DNA of 64,000 nt. Source: an uncultured Acidobacteriota bacterium (lineage in GTDB: Bacteria > Acidobacteriota > Blastocatellia > RBC074). Shown here piece after piece: positions 31,172-41,762 of this stretch. The position numbers were made by a program, and so were the translations under genes. The notes below the pieces were generated by a model that searched no databases, was not told the DNA's origin, and saw nothing but the letters and a program-made list of their open reading frames with translations. The stretch spans positions 1,120,001 through 1,184,000 of the forward strand of contig CAWCKY010000001.1 in NCBI GenBank assembly GCA_963796275.1, read 5' to 3'. Each line of letters begins with the position of its first letter. The first letter of the stretch is position 1.

Positions 31172-33169
31172 CTAGCTTCCCAATTCCAGCTCTCGTTCCT
31201 TCAGATATTTGATCTTATCCCGCAGTTCGGCCGCCCGTTCGAAATCGAACTTCTTGGCTGCTTCGCGCATCTCGTGTTCGAAACGGGCAATCGTCTCGGC
31301 CAGTCGCTCCGGCGTATATTCTTCGAACTCATCGATGTTCAATGGCATTTTAAAATAATCGGCCTCATATGCAGTGACAAGCGTCGCTTCAATCGGCTTG
31401 ATGATCGATTGCGGCGTGATGCCGTTCTCTTCATTGAAAGCCAGTTGTCTGCCGCGGCGCCGGTTGGTTTCGTCGATCGCCTTGCGCATCGACTCGGTTA
31501 CGACGTCGGCGTAGAGGATCGCTTTGCCGCGAGCGTTGCGTGCTGCGCGGCCGATGGTTTGGATCAATGAGGACTCGCTGCGTAAAAATCCTTCTTTATC
31601 GGCGTCCAAAATCGCCACCAGGGAGACTTCAGGTAGATCGAGTCCTTCGCGCAGCAGGTTGATTCCGACCAGGACGTCGAATTCTCCCCGGCGCAGGTCG
31701 CGCAGAATCTTGATTCGTTCGAGAGTCTCTATCTCCGAATGCAGATACCTCACGCGAATGCTCAGGTCGCTGTAGTAATCGGTCAAATCTTCCGACATCT
31801 TCTTAGTCAGCGTCGTAACCAGCACGCGCTCTTTGCGCGCCACGCGATCGCGGACCTCGTGCAACAGATCGTCGATCTGCCCGCGGACTGGCCGGACATC
31901 CACCTCGGGATCGAGCAGCCCGGTCGGGCGGATGATCTGCTCGACAACTACGCCGCCAGATTTCGTCAGCTCATACGGGCCGGGAGTTGCAGAGACGTAG
32001 ATCACCTGGCCGATGCGGCGTTCCCACTCTTCAAACTTCAATGGGCGGTTGTCCAGCGCCGAAGGCAGGCGGAATCCGTATTCGACGAGCGTTTGTTTGC
32101 GCGATCGATCGCCGTTATACATTCCGCGAATTTGCGGGACGGACTGATGGCTCTCATCGACTACGATGAGCATGTCTTCGGGGAAATAATCGTAGAGAGT
32201 CGGCGGAGGTTCGCCGGGCATTCTGCCGGTCAAATGTCGCGAGTAATTTTCGACGCCTCGGCAGAAGCCGAGCTCGTTGAACATCTCGAGATCGTACATC
32301 GTGCGCTGGTGTAATCGCTGCGCTTCGATCAGCTTGCCCTGTTCGATCAATTGCGGCTCCCACCATTCCAGCTCCTCCTTGATCGATTTGACCGCTCGCT
32401 TGATCGTCCCCCGCGTCGTGACATAGTGGGTTTTGGGGTAGATCGGCACCCGCGTGGCATGCTTGATCAGGACTTCGCCGAGCAGCGGATCTATCGTCGA
32501 AATCGAGTCGATCTCATCGCCAAATAACTCGATGCGGATCGCCTGATCCTGGTAGCTCGGGTAGATTTCGATGACATCGCCCCGGACGCGGAATGTTCCG
32601 CGCGTGAAGTTGATGTCATTGCGCTCGTAGAGAAGCTCGACCAGTTTCTTGATTATGTCATCGCGCCGGATGCGCTGGCCCGGTTCGAGGAACATGAGCA
32701 TCCCATAATACGCATCCGGATCGCCGATGCCGTAAATAGCAGAGACCGAAGCCACTATGATGACATCGCGCCTTTCGAAGAGGGAGCGAGTCGCCGAAAG
32801 GCGCAGCCGATCGATCTCATCGTTGATCGTGGCCTCTTTTTCGATAAAGGTATCGGTGGCGGCGACATATGCCTCGGGCTGGTAATAATCGTAGTAGCTG
32901 ACGAAATATTCTACCGCGTTCTGTGGGAAGAAGGATTTGAATTCCTGATAGAGCTGCGCAGCCAGCGTTTTGTTGTGCGCCATGACGAGCACGGGCCGAT
33001 TGACGCGCGCGATGACCGAGGCAATCGAAAAGGTTTTTCCCGACCCCGTAATGCCCAGCAATACCTGGTGCTTCTCAGCATCTTTGAGGCCGCGCACAAG
33101 CGCTTCAATGGCTTCCGGTTGATCGCCTTGCGGCTGATATTCCGAAACGAGTTTGAATTCCTGACTCAT
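31172..33169 (-). CDS. uvrB: Excinuclease ABC subunit B
   Basis: [27 protein letters not shown]-terminal FERAAELRD. Confidence 0.98.
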   Translation of the reverse strand: MSQEFKLVSEYQPQGDQPEAIEALVRGLKDAEKHQVLLGITGSGKTFSIASVIARVNRPVLVMAHNKTLAAQLYQEFKSFFPQNAVEYFVSYYDYYQPEAYVAATDTFIEKEATINDEIDRLRLSATRSLFERRDVIIVASVSAIYGIGDPDAYYGMLMFLEPGQRIRRDDIIKKLVELLYERNDINFTRGTFRVRGDVIEIYPSYQDQAIRIELFGDEIDSISTIDPLLGEVLIKHATRVPIYPKTHYVTTRGTIKRAVKSIKEELEWWEPQLIEQGKLIEAQRLHQRTMYDLEMFNELGFCRGVENYSRHLTGRMPGEPPPTLYDYFPEDMLIVVDESHQSVPQIRGMYNGDRSRKQTLVEYGFRLPSALDNRPLKFEEWERRIGQVIYVSATPGPYELTKSGGVVVEQIIRPTGLLDPEVDVRPVRGQIDDLLHEVRDRVARKERVLVTTLTKKMSEDLTDYYSDLSIRVRYLHSEIETLERIKILRDLRRGEFDVLVGINLLREGLDLPEVSLVAILDADKEGFLRSESSLIQTIGRAARNARGKAILYADVVTESMRKAIDETNRRRGRQLAFNEENGITPQSIIKPIEATLVTAYEADYFKMPLNIDEFEEYTPERLAETIARFEHEMREAAKKFDFERAAELRDKIKYLKERELELGS

Positions 33170-33456
33170 TATTCTCCATCACAATTTTATATGATCTTTG
33201 AAAAAAATATTCTGATATTCTACTTCTCCTGAACATTGCAGCCGAGTCATTCCGAGAGCAACGGAGCAACAGGGCAACATTGGCAAGCCTGCGTTCTACA
33301 TCCCGGTGGAAAATCAATGATATTGAAATGAGATATTTTGACGACCGAATGCGTCTTGACTCTTGAGGACGGGTTTATTGAGTCCCTGCAAATTTAAACG
33401 CAATGTAATCAACTATTTCATTTTGTTCGTAGGTTCGATTTACGTAAGCCGTCTCC

Positions 33457-33555
33457 TACAGAGGCGCAGAGAGCGCTGAGGTATCGCAGAAAAGTTAAAA
33501 AACGCTCTCGGTTAACCCTCTGCGCTACCTCAGCACTCTCTGAGCCTCTGCAGGG
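33457..33555. repeat. Long imperfect palindrome (REP-like, ~9-bp periodicity)
   Basis: cagaggcgcagagagcgctgaggtatcgcaga pairs with tctgcgctacctcagcactctctgagcctctg. Confidence 0.7.
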
Positions 33556-33918
33556 ACCTGGCTTTGTAATCACTGAATTTTTCGAGATTTTGTAATCATT
33601 TAAACCTTTTCCGGTTTTTATTCGCTAAGTGCATTAATTATTGATACCCCCGTATCCCGATCCCCCGCTTTAGAGGTTTTACTGAAACTGTGTAAGTAAA
33701 AGTTGATTGTTCGCAAAAGCTTCTGACCGGCTTCGGAACAATTACATCTTTGATGACAGAGTTCTTCTCACTCTCGGAAGGAGCGTCATCCGAATCGCTG
33801 GACCGCTCCTCCGACTTACGAGATTTGGATGATCGAAGGGCTAGAAATATTCCGTCCCTTTGGCACTCAGGGGAGAATCCATTGATTCCAGCTTTTATTT
33901 GCACTTCAGGTAATTTCA

Positions 33919-34605
33919 ATGAAATACGTGATAGGCAATAAAACCTACCTCGAAAAAAATGCAGAGGTGTCAGCCGCTTTGGATAATGCACACACTATTG
34001 TGTGGCCCGACCAAATAGAAGAAGGGCAAACTGTCTTCATCTTCGGCAATGAGAGCGACCTGCGTGCCTGGGCCCGCTCTGCCCCGTCCCCCCTTGATGA
34101 CCAGATCGAAACAACGAATGAACTGACCAGGAAAGCTCAAGAACTCGAAAACACCTATAACGAACGGTCAGTCTTCTGGCAAAATCTTCTCATCAAGCGA
34201 GTCATGTCCGATATGCAAAGCCTAGCCGAAGAGTTCGGACTGGACCCTTTATCAGAGCATCTCCTCAAAATCGCGTTTGAAGGGGATTCCGTGCTTGAGC
34301 CATCCGTGCTGCGGTCTGCCATCCTTTTTGACCGTGCCGTACACGCCGAATCTAAAAAACACGAATCTGAAACCCAGTGCGAGGGCGCCTGGCGGCCCAT
34401 TCCCGCGGGAGTCGCTTTCCCGAATCTGTCGTGGATTCGTTTTAACGAACGCGCGAATGCGGTGCGCGTCTATGGCGCGCTCACGCTGACGAAAAACCGC
34501 TGGTTCAGAGGGACCAACGTATTCCTGTCAGGTTGGTCTCTACCCTGCAAAACTCTGGCTGATGTGAACTTCGGGAATGCCGCGGCATCTGCGCTCTGTT
34601 TGTAA
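33919..34605 (+). CDS. Hypothetical protein with a possible C-terminal beta/gamma-crystallin-like domain
   Basis: 228-aa ORF; ILFD...EG...PNLSWIRFNERANAVRV resembles a Greek-key motif. Confidence 0.6.
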   Translation: MKYVIGNKTYLEKNAEVSAALDNAHTIVWPDQIEEGQTVFIFGNESDLRAWARSAPSPLDDQIETTNELTRKAQELENTYNERSVFWQNLLIKRVMSDMQSLAEEFGLDPLSEHLLKIAFEGDSVLEPSVLRSAILFDRAVHAESKKHESETQCEGAWRPIPAGVAFPNLSWIRFNERANAVRVYGALTLTKNRWFRGTNVFLSGWSLPCKTLADVNFGNAAASALCL

Positions 34606-34607
34606 TA

Positions 34608-35603
34608 TCACTTGTTGCTGATAGTGATGGAATAAGCTGCGACCGGGACTTTCTTATCTTTTCGCATACCGAATAACTTGATGTTATATGATCCGCCGGA
34701 GAAAAATTGGCGCGGGAGAGTCAGATTCAATTTGTTGGGCTGGCTTCTGCTCGCACTATTTCCTCGCCACACAAGGCTACCCTGTTGGTCGAAAATTTCC
34801 ACCGCGAAGATGGAATATTGCTGCCGGTCGTTGTAGTTAAGAATCAGCGTGAGAAGATTGGCAGTCCTCGGTATTTCGATCGGCATGGCTGTTTCTATTG
34901 TTCCTCCGCGAATCATATCGAGGTCGACAATAGGAATCTCGAGCTGAGGGTTTTCCAGAACGTCAATTATCTTGCGAAGCCGAGTTATCTCTTCTTCGTA
35001 TTGTTTCGAGTTGGTAGCTGCTAATGCCTGATCGCGGCGACGGATTGCATCTTCGAGTTGCTGCCGGGAATCATCGAGCGCCTTGTTTGCCGAATTCAGG
35101 GCCAGGTCACGTTCGGCCAGTTCTTTATTCAAGCTTGTGATCCTGCCGTTGTCCTCCAGCCGATCCGATATCAGCAAGCCGCCGAGAGCGAATACGAGCA
35201 GCAACAACAAGCGGAACGCCAGTGCGCTGGGCATACGTCCAGGCCGCCATATATCGGCGACCCGTCGCCAGAACGCGGGCGGATGGGCAATTCCTTTCTG
35301 CACGCTATGCAACGCGGACCTTCTGGCGGCTGAATCAGGAGGCGAAACTTGCTCGGCGGAGGCAGAAAAAGCCTGCCCGGTTTCCACCGCCCACGGTTTC
35401 AGCGCTCGCACGACCTGAAATTCCCATGTGCAATCGGAACACGACGAAAGATGATCGGCCACTCGCCCGCGTTCCTCCTCGCACAGCTCTTCCATCGCCG
35501 TACGCAACATCGTCTCTGGCGATAGACAATCTTTGCGCCCTTCGACCGACCTTGCAGTTCCTTCCTGGTAGAGCGATTTCAGGTCTTCGCTAGTCACCTT
35601 CAT
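34608..35603 (-). CDS. Anti-sigma factor (zf-HC2), single TM, coiled coil
   Basis: HLSSCSDC motif; TM segment; overlaps the ECF stop. Confidence 0.85.
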   Translation of the reverse strand: MKVTSEDLKSLYQEGTARSVEGRKDCLSPETMLRTAMEELCEEERGRVADHLSSCSDCTWEFQVVRALKPWAVETGQAFSASAEQVSPPDSAARRSALHSVQKGIAHPPAFWRRVADIWRPGRMPSALAFRLLLLLVFALGGLLISDRLEDNGRITSLNKELAERDLALNSANKALDDSRQQLEDAIRRRDQALAATNSKQYEEEITRLRKIIDVLENPQLEIPIVDLDMIRGGTIETAMPIEIPRTANLLTLILNYNDRQQYSIFAVEIFDQQGSLVWRGNSASRSQPNKLNLTLPRQFFSGGSYNIKLFGMRKDKKVPVAAYSITISNK

Positions 35604-36213
35604 ATACCACCCCTTCGGCCCGAAGCTGCTCCCGCAAATCCTGCAGTCCGCGATAGACCAGATTGCGCGCCTTCGACTCGGTCCATCCGAGTAGTTCGCC
35701 GATCTCCTGTTTCGTCAAACCCTCCAGATGCAACCTTACGGCGCGGCGCCTATTCTCGGGTAAGCGGGCGAGCGCAGCTTCGACCTTGCGCAATATTAGC
35801 CGGCGCTCGGTCAGCAGGTCGGGGTAATGTTCGGGGCCAGCCACCAGCCGGTGAGATTCGCCCGGGTCCAATTCATCTTCTTCGGCTAAGAGTAACTGGT
35901 CTTCGCGCTTGGATTTGACTCGCCGGATGGCATCGAGCGTCGTCGTCACTGCGATTCTATAGAGATAAGACGTCAGATTCTGAATCTCCCTCTCACTTCG
36001 CAGTGCGCGCCAGAGTCTTAACCGTGCCTCCTGCTCGATGTCGCTGAATTGGAGGCCCAGGTTTTTCGGACAAAATTGGATGATGGCCTGGCGCAGGAAT
36101 CGCCCGTATTCCTCGATAACAGCATTAAATCGGGCTTCCACTTCCGTGATAGAAGAGCTATCCGACATATCTTTTTTATGTTGTTGTGAGAAATCGCTGT
36201 CTTTCTGCGCCAT
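35590..36213 (-). CDS. ECF sigma-70 factor
   Basis: DIEQE, YLYRIA, EIGELLG, ARNLVYRG. Confidence 0.9.
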   Translation of the reverse strand: MAQKDSDFSQQHKKDMSDSSSITEVEARFNAVIEEYGRFLRQAIIQFCPKNLGLQFSDIEQEARLRLWRALRSEREIQNLTSYLYRIAVTTTLDAIRRVKSKREDQLLLAEEDELDPGESHRLVAGPEHYPDLLTERRLILRKVEAALARLPENRRRAVRLHLEGLTKQEIGELLGWTESKARNLVYRGLQDLREQLRAEGVVYEGD

Positions 36214-36581
36214 GACTATTGAGATCGGAGTGTAAAACGGCAACGGGATGAAGTAAACCTCTAACTACACGGTAAAAAACTTATCTGACATTAACTAGAA
36301 TTACTGAATTTTTCATCAACGGCCCTTACTCAATCTCCGTTCGTCACCTGGTCTTCGTTTAGCCGAACAGACAAAATCACCCGAGCTCCTTTCCCAGAAT
36401 CTCGCTTCCTTGTCTTGAACATATCCCTGCCATAGAATGAAGCACTATGTGAGCCTTCTGAATCAATATCAACAATTCACCTCAGCACGGAAGATACAAC
36501 GGAAGATTCATTCGATGAAGCTTGGATGTCCATCTTCCGATCAGGAAAGTTGGGAATTCAGAAAGAGTATGGAGCCAGCCT

Positions 36582-36797
36582 ATGTACACTTCAGCCAGAT
36601 ACTTATTCGAGTTCGGTCCTTACCGTATCGACACAAGTGTGCGGCGGCTCTACCGCAATTGCCAGATCGTACCTCTGACGGCCAAGGTCTTCGATATACT
36701 TGAAGTATTTGTACAAACAGCGGTAGCACACGCTCACAAAGAAGAACTGATTGAACAGGTTTGGCCAGAACAGTTTGTCGAGGAGGATATGAAATGA
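36582..36797 (+). pseudogene. Truncated OmpR/CadC-type winged-helix fragment
   Basis: FEFGPYRID..VPLTAKVFDIL..KEELIEQVWPEQFVEE, then a stop before the recognition helix. Confidence 0.7.
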
Positions 36798-37792
36798 CAG
36801 AAAAGATGGGAATATCGCTCGCTGCAGATCGGGATGATGTATCAACAGTCGAAAACCGGACAGAGGCCCAGACTTTGCCGTCGCACCTCCCACCGATGCT
36901 GAACGCATTGGAATCCATACGCTTAACTCCGATGGCCAAAAGATTCGATATCGGAGAATTGCTATTCGCGCAGTTTTCCTGTCCGGCATTGGAGCCTGTC
37001 GGAATCTGGACGCAAACGGATTACCTGATTCACGTGCTCAGCGGGGTAATGACCTGGAAAGATTCCACCGGAACGTGGTCGGCCGAACGCGGGCAGACCG
37101 TGTACTACAAGAAAGGTGTAAAAATTACTCCCGGTCATTCCGGAGACGACATCTGCCTGCAAGTGTTTTTCATTCCGGATGCGTTCGTTCGGAAGACGGT
37201 CCTGGAGTTGGCCGCAGATTTACCCCCGCTATCTGCGTTGCCCTCGCTGCCCTCGGGCTCAGAGCCGGGCGGCACGCGCAAGATGTCGATACGCGTTAAT
37301 AACGACACGGCCTTGTCAGCATTTTTCCACGCGATGACCATCTATTTTGCGGGGGACGAAAAACCGCCGGAAGCTCTGTTGAAGTTGAAACTCAAAGAGT
37401 TGCTCACCAGCATTCTGGTGGGTGAGAGCAACCAGCCGTTATCCGCCTACTTCCGATCGCTGGCCGCCAGCGATGCGCCCTCGATCGCGGAGATAATGGA
37501 GATGAATTTCTGCCACAACCTGTCGATCGATGCCTTCGCGCAGATGTGCCACCGCAGCCTCTCTTCATTCAAGCGGGACTTTCGCCGGCACTACGGCACT
37601 ACCCCCGGAAAGTGGCTGCTCGAACGTCGCCTGGAGCATTCCGCCTCCCTGTTGCGGACCACTTGTATAAGCATCACTGAGATCATGTTCGAATGCGGAT
37701 TTGAAGATCCGTCGCATTTCAGCCGTACGTTTAAGGAGAGGTTCGGCCAATCTCCTAGTGCGGTTCGCGAGGCAGCAGGTTTATCCCTCTGA
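36794..37792 (+). CDS. AraC-family transcriptional regulator
   Basis: SLSSFKRDF, CGFEDPSHFSRTFK..FGQSP. Confidence 0.92.
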   Translation: MTEKMGISLAADRDDVSTVENRTEAQTLPSHLPPMLNALESIRLTPMAKRFDIGELLFAQFSCPALEPVGIWTQTDYLIHVLSGVMTWKDSTGTWSAERGQTVYYKKGVKITPGHSGDDICLQVFFIPDAFVRKTVLELAADLPPLSALPSLPSGSEPGGTRKMSIRVNNDTALSAFFHAMTIYFAGDEKPPEALLKLKLKELLTSILVGESNQPLSAYFRSLAASDAPSIAEIMEMNFCHNLSIDAFAQMCHRSLSSFKRDFRRHYGTTPGKWLLERRLEHSASLLRTTCISITEIMFECGFEDPSHFSRTFKERFGQSPSAVREAAGLSL

Positions 37793-38052
37793 TGCAAATC
37801 CAATAAGACGCAAGAGCCGGGCTATTGTCAGAATGGAGTCCCGGACGTTTCAGCCAAATCTTTGAACCTCTCAGCCAAGCGCCCGCGCGAACCTTTTGGT
37901 ATTCATGTCAGGGTGAAGACAAATGCGATCGTCATAACTTTCCCCGATTGCGCCCTAGTATCGATTTGCTCGAGAACGCGCATCGAGCCTGTCTGTATCC
38001 GCATGCCTGACCGTGCAGCCCTGAGAACGTATAAGAACGAGGGAGGGAGCGC

Positions 38053-39201
38053 ATGAACCAGATCGTGACCGTAGCAGAAAGCCTGATCCCGCTGATCAGA
38101 GAGCTGCGCCATAAGACCGAAAATGATCGGCGTATCGCAGACCCGATAGTTCAAGCTCTCCGTAAGACCGGTCTTTGCCGGATACTCCTCGATACTGGCG
38201 CAACCCCGAAATACAAACCGGTAGAGTGGTTGCGGGTCCTCGAGATATTAGCGGGCGCCGAAGCGTCGGTGGCCTGGTTCATATGGAATAACACATTGTC
38301 CTGTTTTTGGGTCCGCTTTCTTGATGATGCGGGGCGGGCTCGGTTGTTCGGCGATCCCCATCGTTTGTTCGCGGGTTCCACACGACCGACGGGAAAGGCC
38401 GTGTTGACGCCCGGCGGGTTCCGACTGACTGGCCGCTGGTCTCTCGTTTCTGGCTGCGAACTTGCCGATTATCTCAGTCTCATGAGCCTGGTGCACGAAG
38501 ATGGCGTGCCAGTTATGCTCGCACCAGGTCATCCCGACATACGTGTCCTTTTCGTGCCCAAGGGGCGCTACACGATCCTCGATACCTGGCATGTCGGAGG
38601 CTTACGAGGTTCCGGTAGCCATGACATCGTCGTAGACGACCTTTTCGTGCCCATTGAAGACTCGTTCACTCCCTCTCCTCCATTGGCGAGCAACTCCCCG
38701 CTGGCCCAGCTGCCCATAATATCAATGATGATTGCTGGCCTCGGCGCCCAGTTCCTGGGTATGGCGCGCGCGGCAATCGCAGCCGCGATCGAGGTGCTAC
38801 GTATCAAGGTAACGGTCGATCCTGGTTCATCGATTCGCGAGAGACCGAGTGTGCTCGCCGAAATCGCGTCGTATAGCGCTGCGGTCGCCGCCGCAAAGAA
38901 CCATTTGCATGCGAGCACGGAAGCCATCTGGGACAAGGTCAAACATCAGTTGCCGGATGCCGGCGACCGTGCGTCACTGTACAGCGCCGCATTACACGCG
39001 GCCAGCGTCGCGCGGGCAGCTGTCGTGGCTATGCACGCGGCCGCTGGGACGACTGCGCTATACATTGACTGCCCGCTGGAACGGTGCATGCGCGATCTGC
39101 AAACGATGGAGAGACATATTGCGGCGCAACCGGTCTGGTTAGAGGACTCGGGGAGAGTGCTTTTGGGCGATGAGCCAATCAATCCATTATTTATGATTTG
39201 A
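38053..39201 (+). CDS. Flavin-dependent monooxygenase, acyl-CoA dehydrogenase fold (HsaA-like)
   Basis: GRWSLVSGC, DTWHVGGLRGSGSHD, LERCMRD. Confidence 0.85.
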   Translation: MNQIVTVAESLIPLIRELRHKTENDRRIADPIVQALRKTGLCRILLDTGATPKYKPVEWLRVLEILAGAEASVAWFIWNNTLSCFWVRFLDDAGRARLFGDPHRLFAGSTRPTGKAVLTPGGFRLTGRWSLVSGCELADYLSLMSLVHEDGVPVMLAPGHPDIRVLFVPKGRYTILDTWHVGGLRGSGSHDIVVDDLFVPIEDSFTPSPPLASNSPLAQLPIISMMIAGLGAQFLGMARAAIAAAIEVLRIKVTVDPGSSIRERPSVLAEIASYSAAVAAAKNHLHASTEAIWDKVKHQLPDAGDRASLYSAALHAASVARAAVVAMHAAAGTTALYIDCPLERCMRDLQTMERHIAAQPVWLEDSGRVLLGDEPINPLFMI

Positions 39202-39312
39202 GAATAATAGAATTGTCATAGATGGCTTTGCCGGTTCGCCATGGAAGAAGGAAGCCAGCCAGGAATAGTGCGTGGGCAAGTCTACGGACGCCGCGGTCTC
39301 GTCCGTAAGCCT

Positions 39313-41322
39313 TCAGGGACGTTTAGAAGCGGCCTCAGCTTTAGGCAGCGCAAACGCTACCAGATGATCGCCGCGCTTGGTGGGTAAACGTCCGTGACCG
39401 CCAGCGGCGATAACGACATATTGCCTGCCCCCCGCTTCGTAGGTCATGGGAGTGGCCTGACCTCCTGCAGGCAACTCTCCCTTCCATAACTCTTCGCCGT
39501 TTTCCACATTGAAGGCGCGCAAGAAACTGTCGCGCGCTGCTCCGATGAAAATCAGACCGCCCGCCGTCACGATAGAGCCGCCGAGATTGATCGATCCCCA
39601 TTTTGTGGATTCCGGTATGTGGGCGAGCTCCGGCATCGTGCCGAGCGGTACTTCCCAGCGCACCTGTCCACTCACCATGTCGACTGCGACGAGGGTGCCC
39701 CAGGGCGGCTGTGTGCATGGCACGAGAAGCGGAAAGGTTTTTAAAATCACCTCGCGTTTCATGAGGTATGGCGTGCCCGTTTGCGGAGCCAGTTCGCCCA
39801 GCGGGCCGGTGCGTAATTTGGCGATTTGTTCAGAGGTTAGATCTTTTCGCGGTATTAGCGTCACAGCTCTCGGCACCCGATTGGTATTGGTGATAAGCAA
39901 TCCCCGCTTCTGGTCGAAAGAGACTCCGGACCAGTTCATCCCGCCTACATCGCCCGGATAGACGAGGGTGCCCTGTAGACTGGGGGGCGTGAAAAGGCCG
40001 TCATTTCTCAAAGCGGCAATCTGATCGCGGCAATATTTTTTGTCTTCAGGCGTCAGGCCGAATGCCTCGTCAGGTCGGAGTGACTGGGGAGAGAGCGCGC
40101 GCGGCAAAACCGGAATGGGTTGAGTCGGTGAAAGCTGCTCGCCATCGACTCCTCCTTGTGGTACAGGCCGCTCTTGCACGGGGAAAATCGGTTTGCCCGT
40201 CTCCCGGTGGAGAAGGAACAGATGACCGACCTTTGTCGCGACGGCAACGGCGGGGATCTCACGGCCATTGCGGCGAACCGTGATCAAGGCAGGCTGCGCG
40301 GGTACGTCGTAGTCCCAGACATCGTGATGGACTGTCTGGAAATGCCAGACGACCTGGCCAGTCGTTCCGCGCAGCGCGACTATGGAACTGGCGTAAAAAT
40401 CGCTGCCGCGGCGTTCGCCACCGTAATAATCGGGGCTGGTATTGCCGGTCGGCAGGAAAACCAGGTCGCGCGTTTCGTCGACTGAGATGATCGACCAGAC
40501 ATTGGGCGTACCGAGCTGATAACCGTTTTCACTCTTATCTTTCTTTTGAAAACCGGGAGGAATCGGATCCCAGCTCCACCGCAGTTCGCCGGAGCGAACG
40601 TCATAGGCTCGGACGACTCCGCTGGGGGCGGAGACCCGATTGTTGTCGCCGATCGCCGCGCCAACTATGACGAGATCTTTGATGATCGCGGGCGGCGAAG
40701 TCACTTGATACTCGCCTGAATCGCGTTCGTTTATACCAACACCGGGTTTCAGGTCGACCTCCCCGCCCCGGCCGAACTCCGCACATGGTTTTCCATCGAG
40801 CGCATCCAGCGCTATCAGACGTGAATCGTTCGTTCCCATCAGGATGCGGCGGCGGCGGCAGGAATGCCCCGCTTGCCCCGGCTTCAATCGCGGATCGAGC
40901 CACGTCGAAAGACCCCGTGAGTTAAGTTGATTGTGATAGCCGCGTTTGAGATCGATCTTCGGATCGTAAGACCAGCGCTCTTTACCGGTCACCGGATCGA
41001 GCGCAATCACACGGTTGAACGGGGAAACGGCGTATAGCGTTCCATCCACGAAGATCGGCGTGCATTGGAAAGCGCTCGATGAACGGGCGTTTTTGCCATC
41101 GGAAAGATCTCCGGTGCGGTAGGTCCATGCGACCTCGAGCCGCTTTACGTTCGCGCGGTTGATTTGCGAGAGCGGTGAATATCGCGAGCCTCCGGAATCG
41201 CGGCCATACGAACTCCATTCACCTCGCTGGGTAGACGATCCATCCGCTGCCAGAACGAGAGCAATGAAAACTCCGATAATGGCTGAGCGAGCGTAAACTC
41301 GGATTTTCATTTTCTCTTTCAA
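39313..41322 (-). CDS. PQQ-dependent dehydrogenase (glucose/quinate/shikimate family), secreted
   Basis: RYSPLSQIN, WHFQTVHHDVWDYD, PPWG, QATPMTY. Confidence 0.92.
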   Translation of the reverse strand: MKEKMKIRVYARSAIIGVFIALVLAADGSSTQRGEWSSYGRDSGGSRYSPLSQINRANVKRLEVAWTYRTGDLSDGKNARSSSAFQCTPIFVDGTLYAVSPFNRVIALDPVTGKERWSYDPKIDLKRGYHNQLNSRGLSTWLDPRLKPGQAGHSCRRRRILMGTNDSRLIALDALDGKPCAEFGRGGEVDLKPGVGINERDSGEYQVTSPPAIIKDLVIVGAAIGDNNRVSAPSGVVRAYDVRSGELRWSWDPIPPGFQKKDKSENGYQLGTPNVWSIISVDETRDLVFLPTGNTSPDYYGGERRGSDFYASSIVALRGTTGQVVWHFQTVHHDVWDYDVPAQPALITVRRNGREIPAVAVATKVGHLFLLHRETGKPIFPVQERPVPQGGVDGEQLSPTQPIPVLPRALSPQSLRPDEAFGLTPEDKKYCRDQIAALRNDGLFTPPSLQGTLVYPGDVGGMNWSGVSFDQKRGLLITNTNRVPRAVTLIPRKDLTSEQIAKLRTGPLGELAPQTGTPYLMKREVILKTFPLLVPCTQPPWGTLVAVDMVSGQVRWEVPLGTMPELAHIPESTKWGSINLGGSIVTAGGLIFIGAARDSFLRAFNVENGEELWKGELPAGGQATPMTYEAGGRQYVVIAAGGHGRLPTKRGDHLVAFALPKAEAASKRP

Positions 41323-41446
41323 TATCTCATCTCCGGATTATTCAGCACAAAATGAGATCGAAAAACACAAAAGAAGTAAGGCTGTTGAAACAGACGCCTT
41401 TCTCCTTTTGGCTTCGGAAATCGAGACAAGTTCCACCGATATTCAG

Positions 41447-41653
41447 AGGATGGCGGAGCCTTTGGAGTGCGGTAGCTTGGCTTGGTACCGCTTTGGTAGT
41501 CAATTCCGCGACTCAGGCTGTCGCTTAAACTCATCCAGTGGCCTACCAAACTAACCGATGATTGAGGATTGCTCAGTTGTCCATGAGACAGCCAATAAGC
41601 AATGGACTACTAAAGCGGTACCGAGTACCGCACTCCAAACGCTCCGCCATCCC
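41447..41653. repeat. REP-like long inverted repeat
   Basis: ggatggcggagcctttggagtgcggta..ggtaccgcttt pairs with aaagcggtacc..taccgcactccaaacgctccgccatcc. Confidence 0.8.
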
Positions 41654-41762
41654 AGCGCGGTACACAGATCAAATAAGCGAATTTCCAAGGAAATTTCGAG
41701 AATTTTGTGACACAGTAGCAATATTCCTAACCAACTATCCCGTTTATCTTCAATTATTATTA

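Noticed and set aside
33638-33991. Small ORFs upstream of the crystallin-like gene
   Set aside because: Overlapping, motif-free and unsupported; a frameshifted 5' extension cannot be shown
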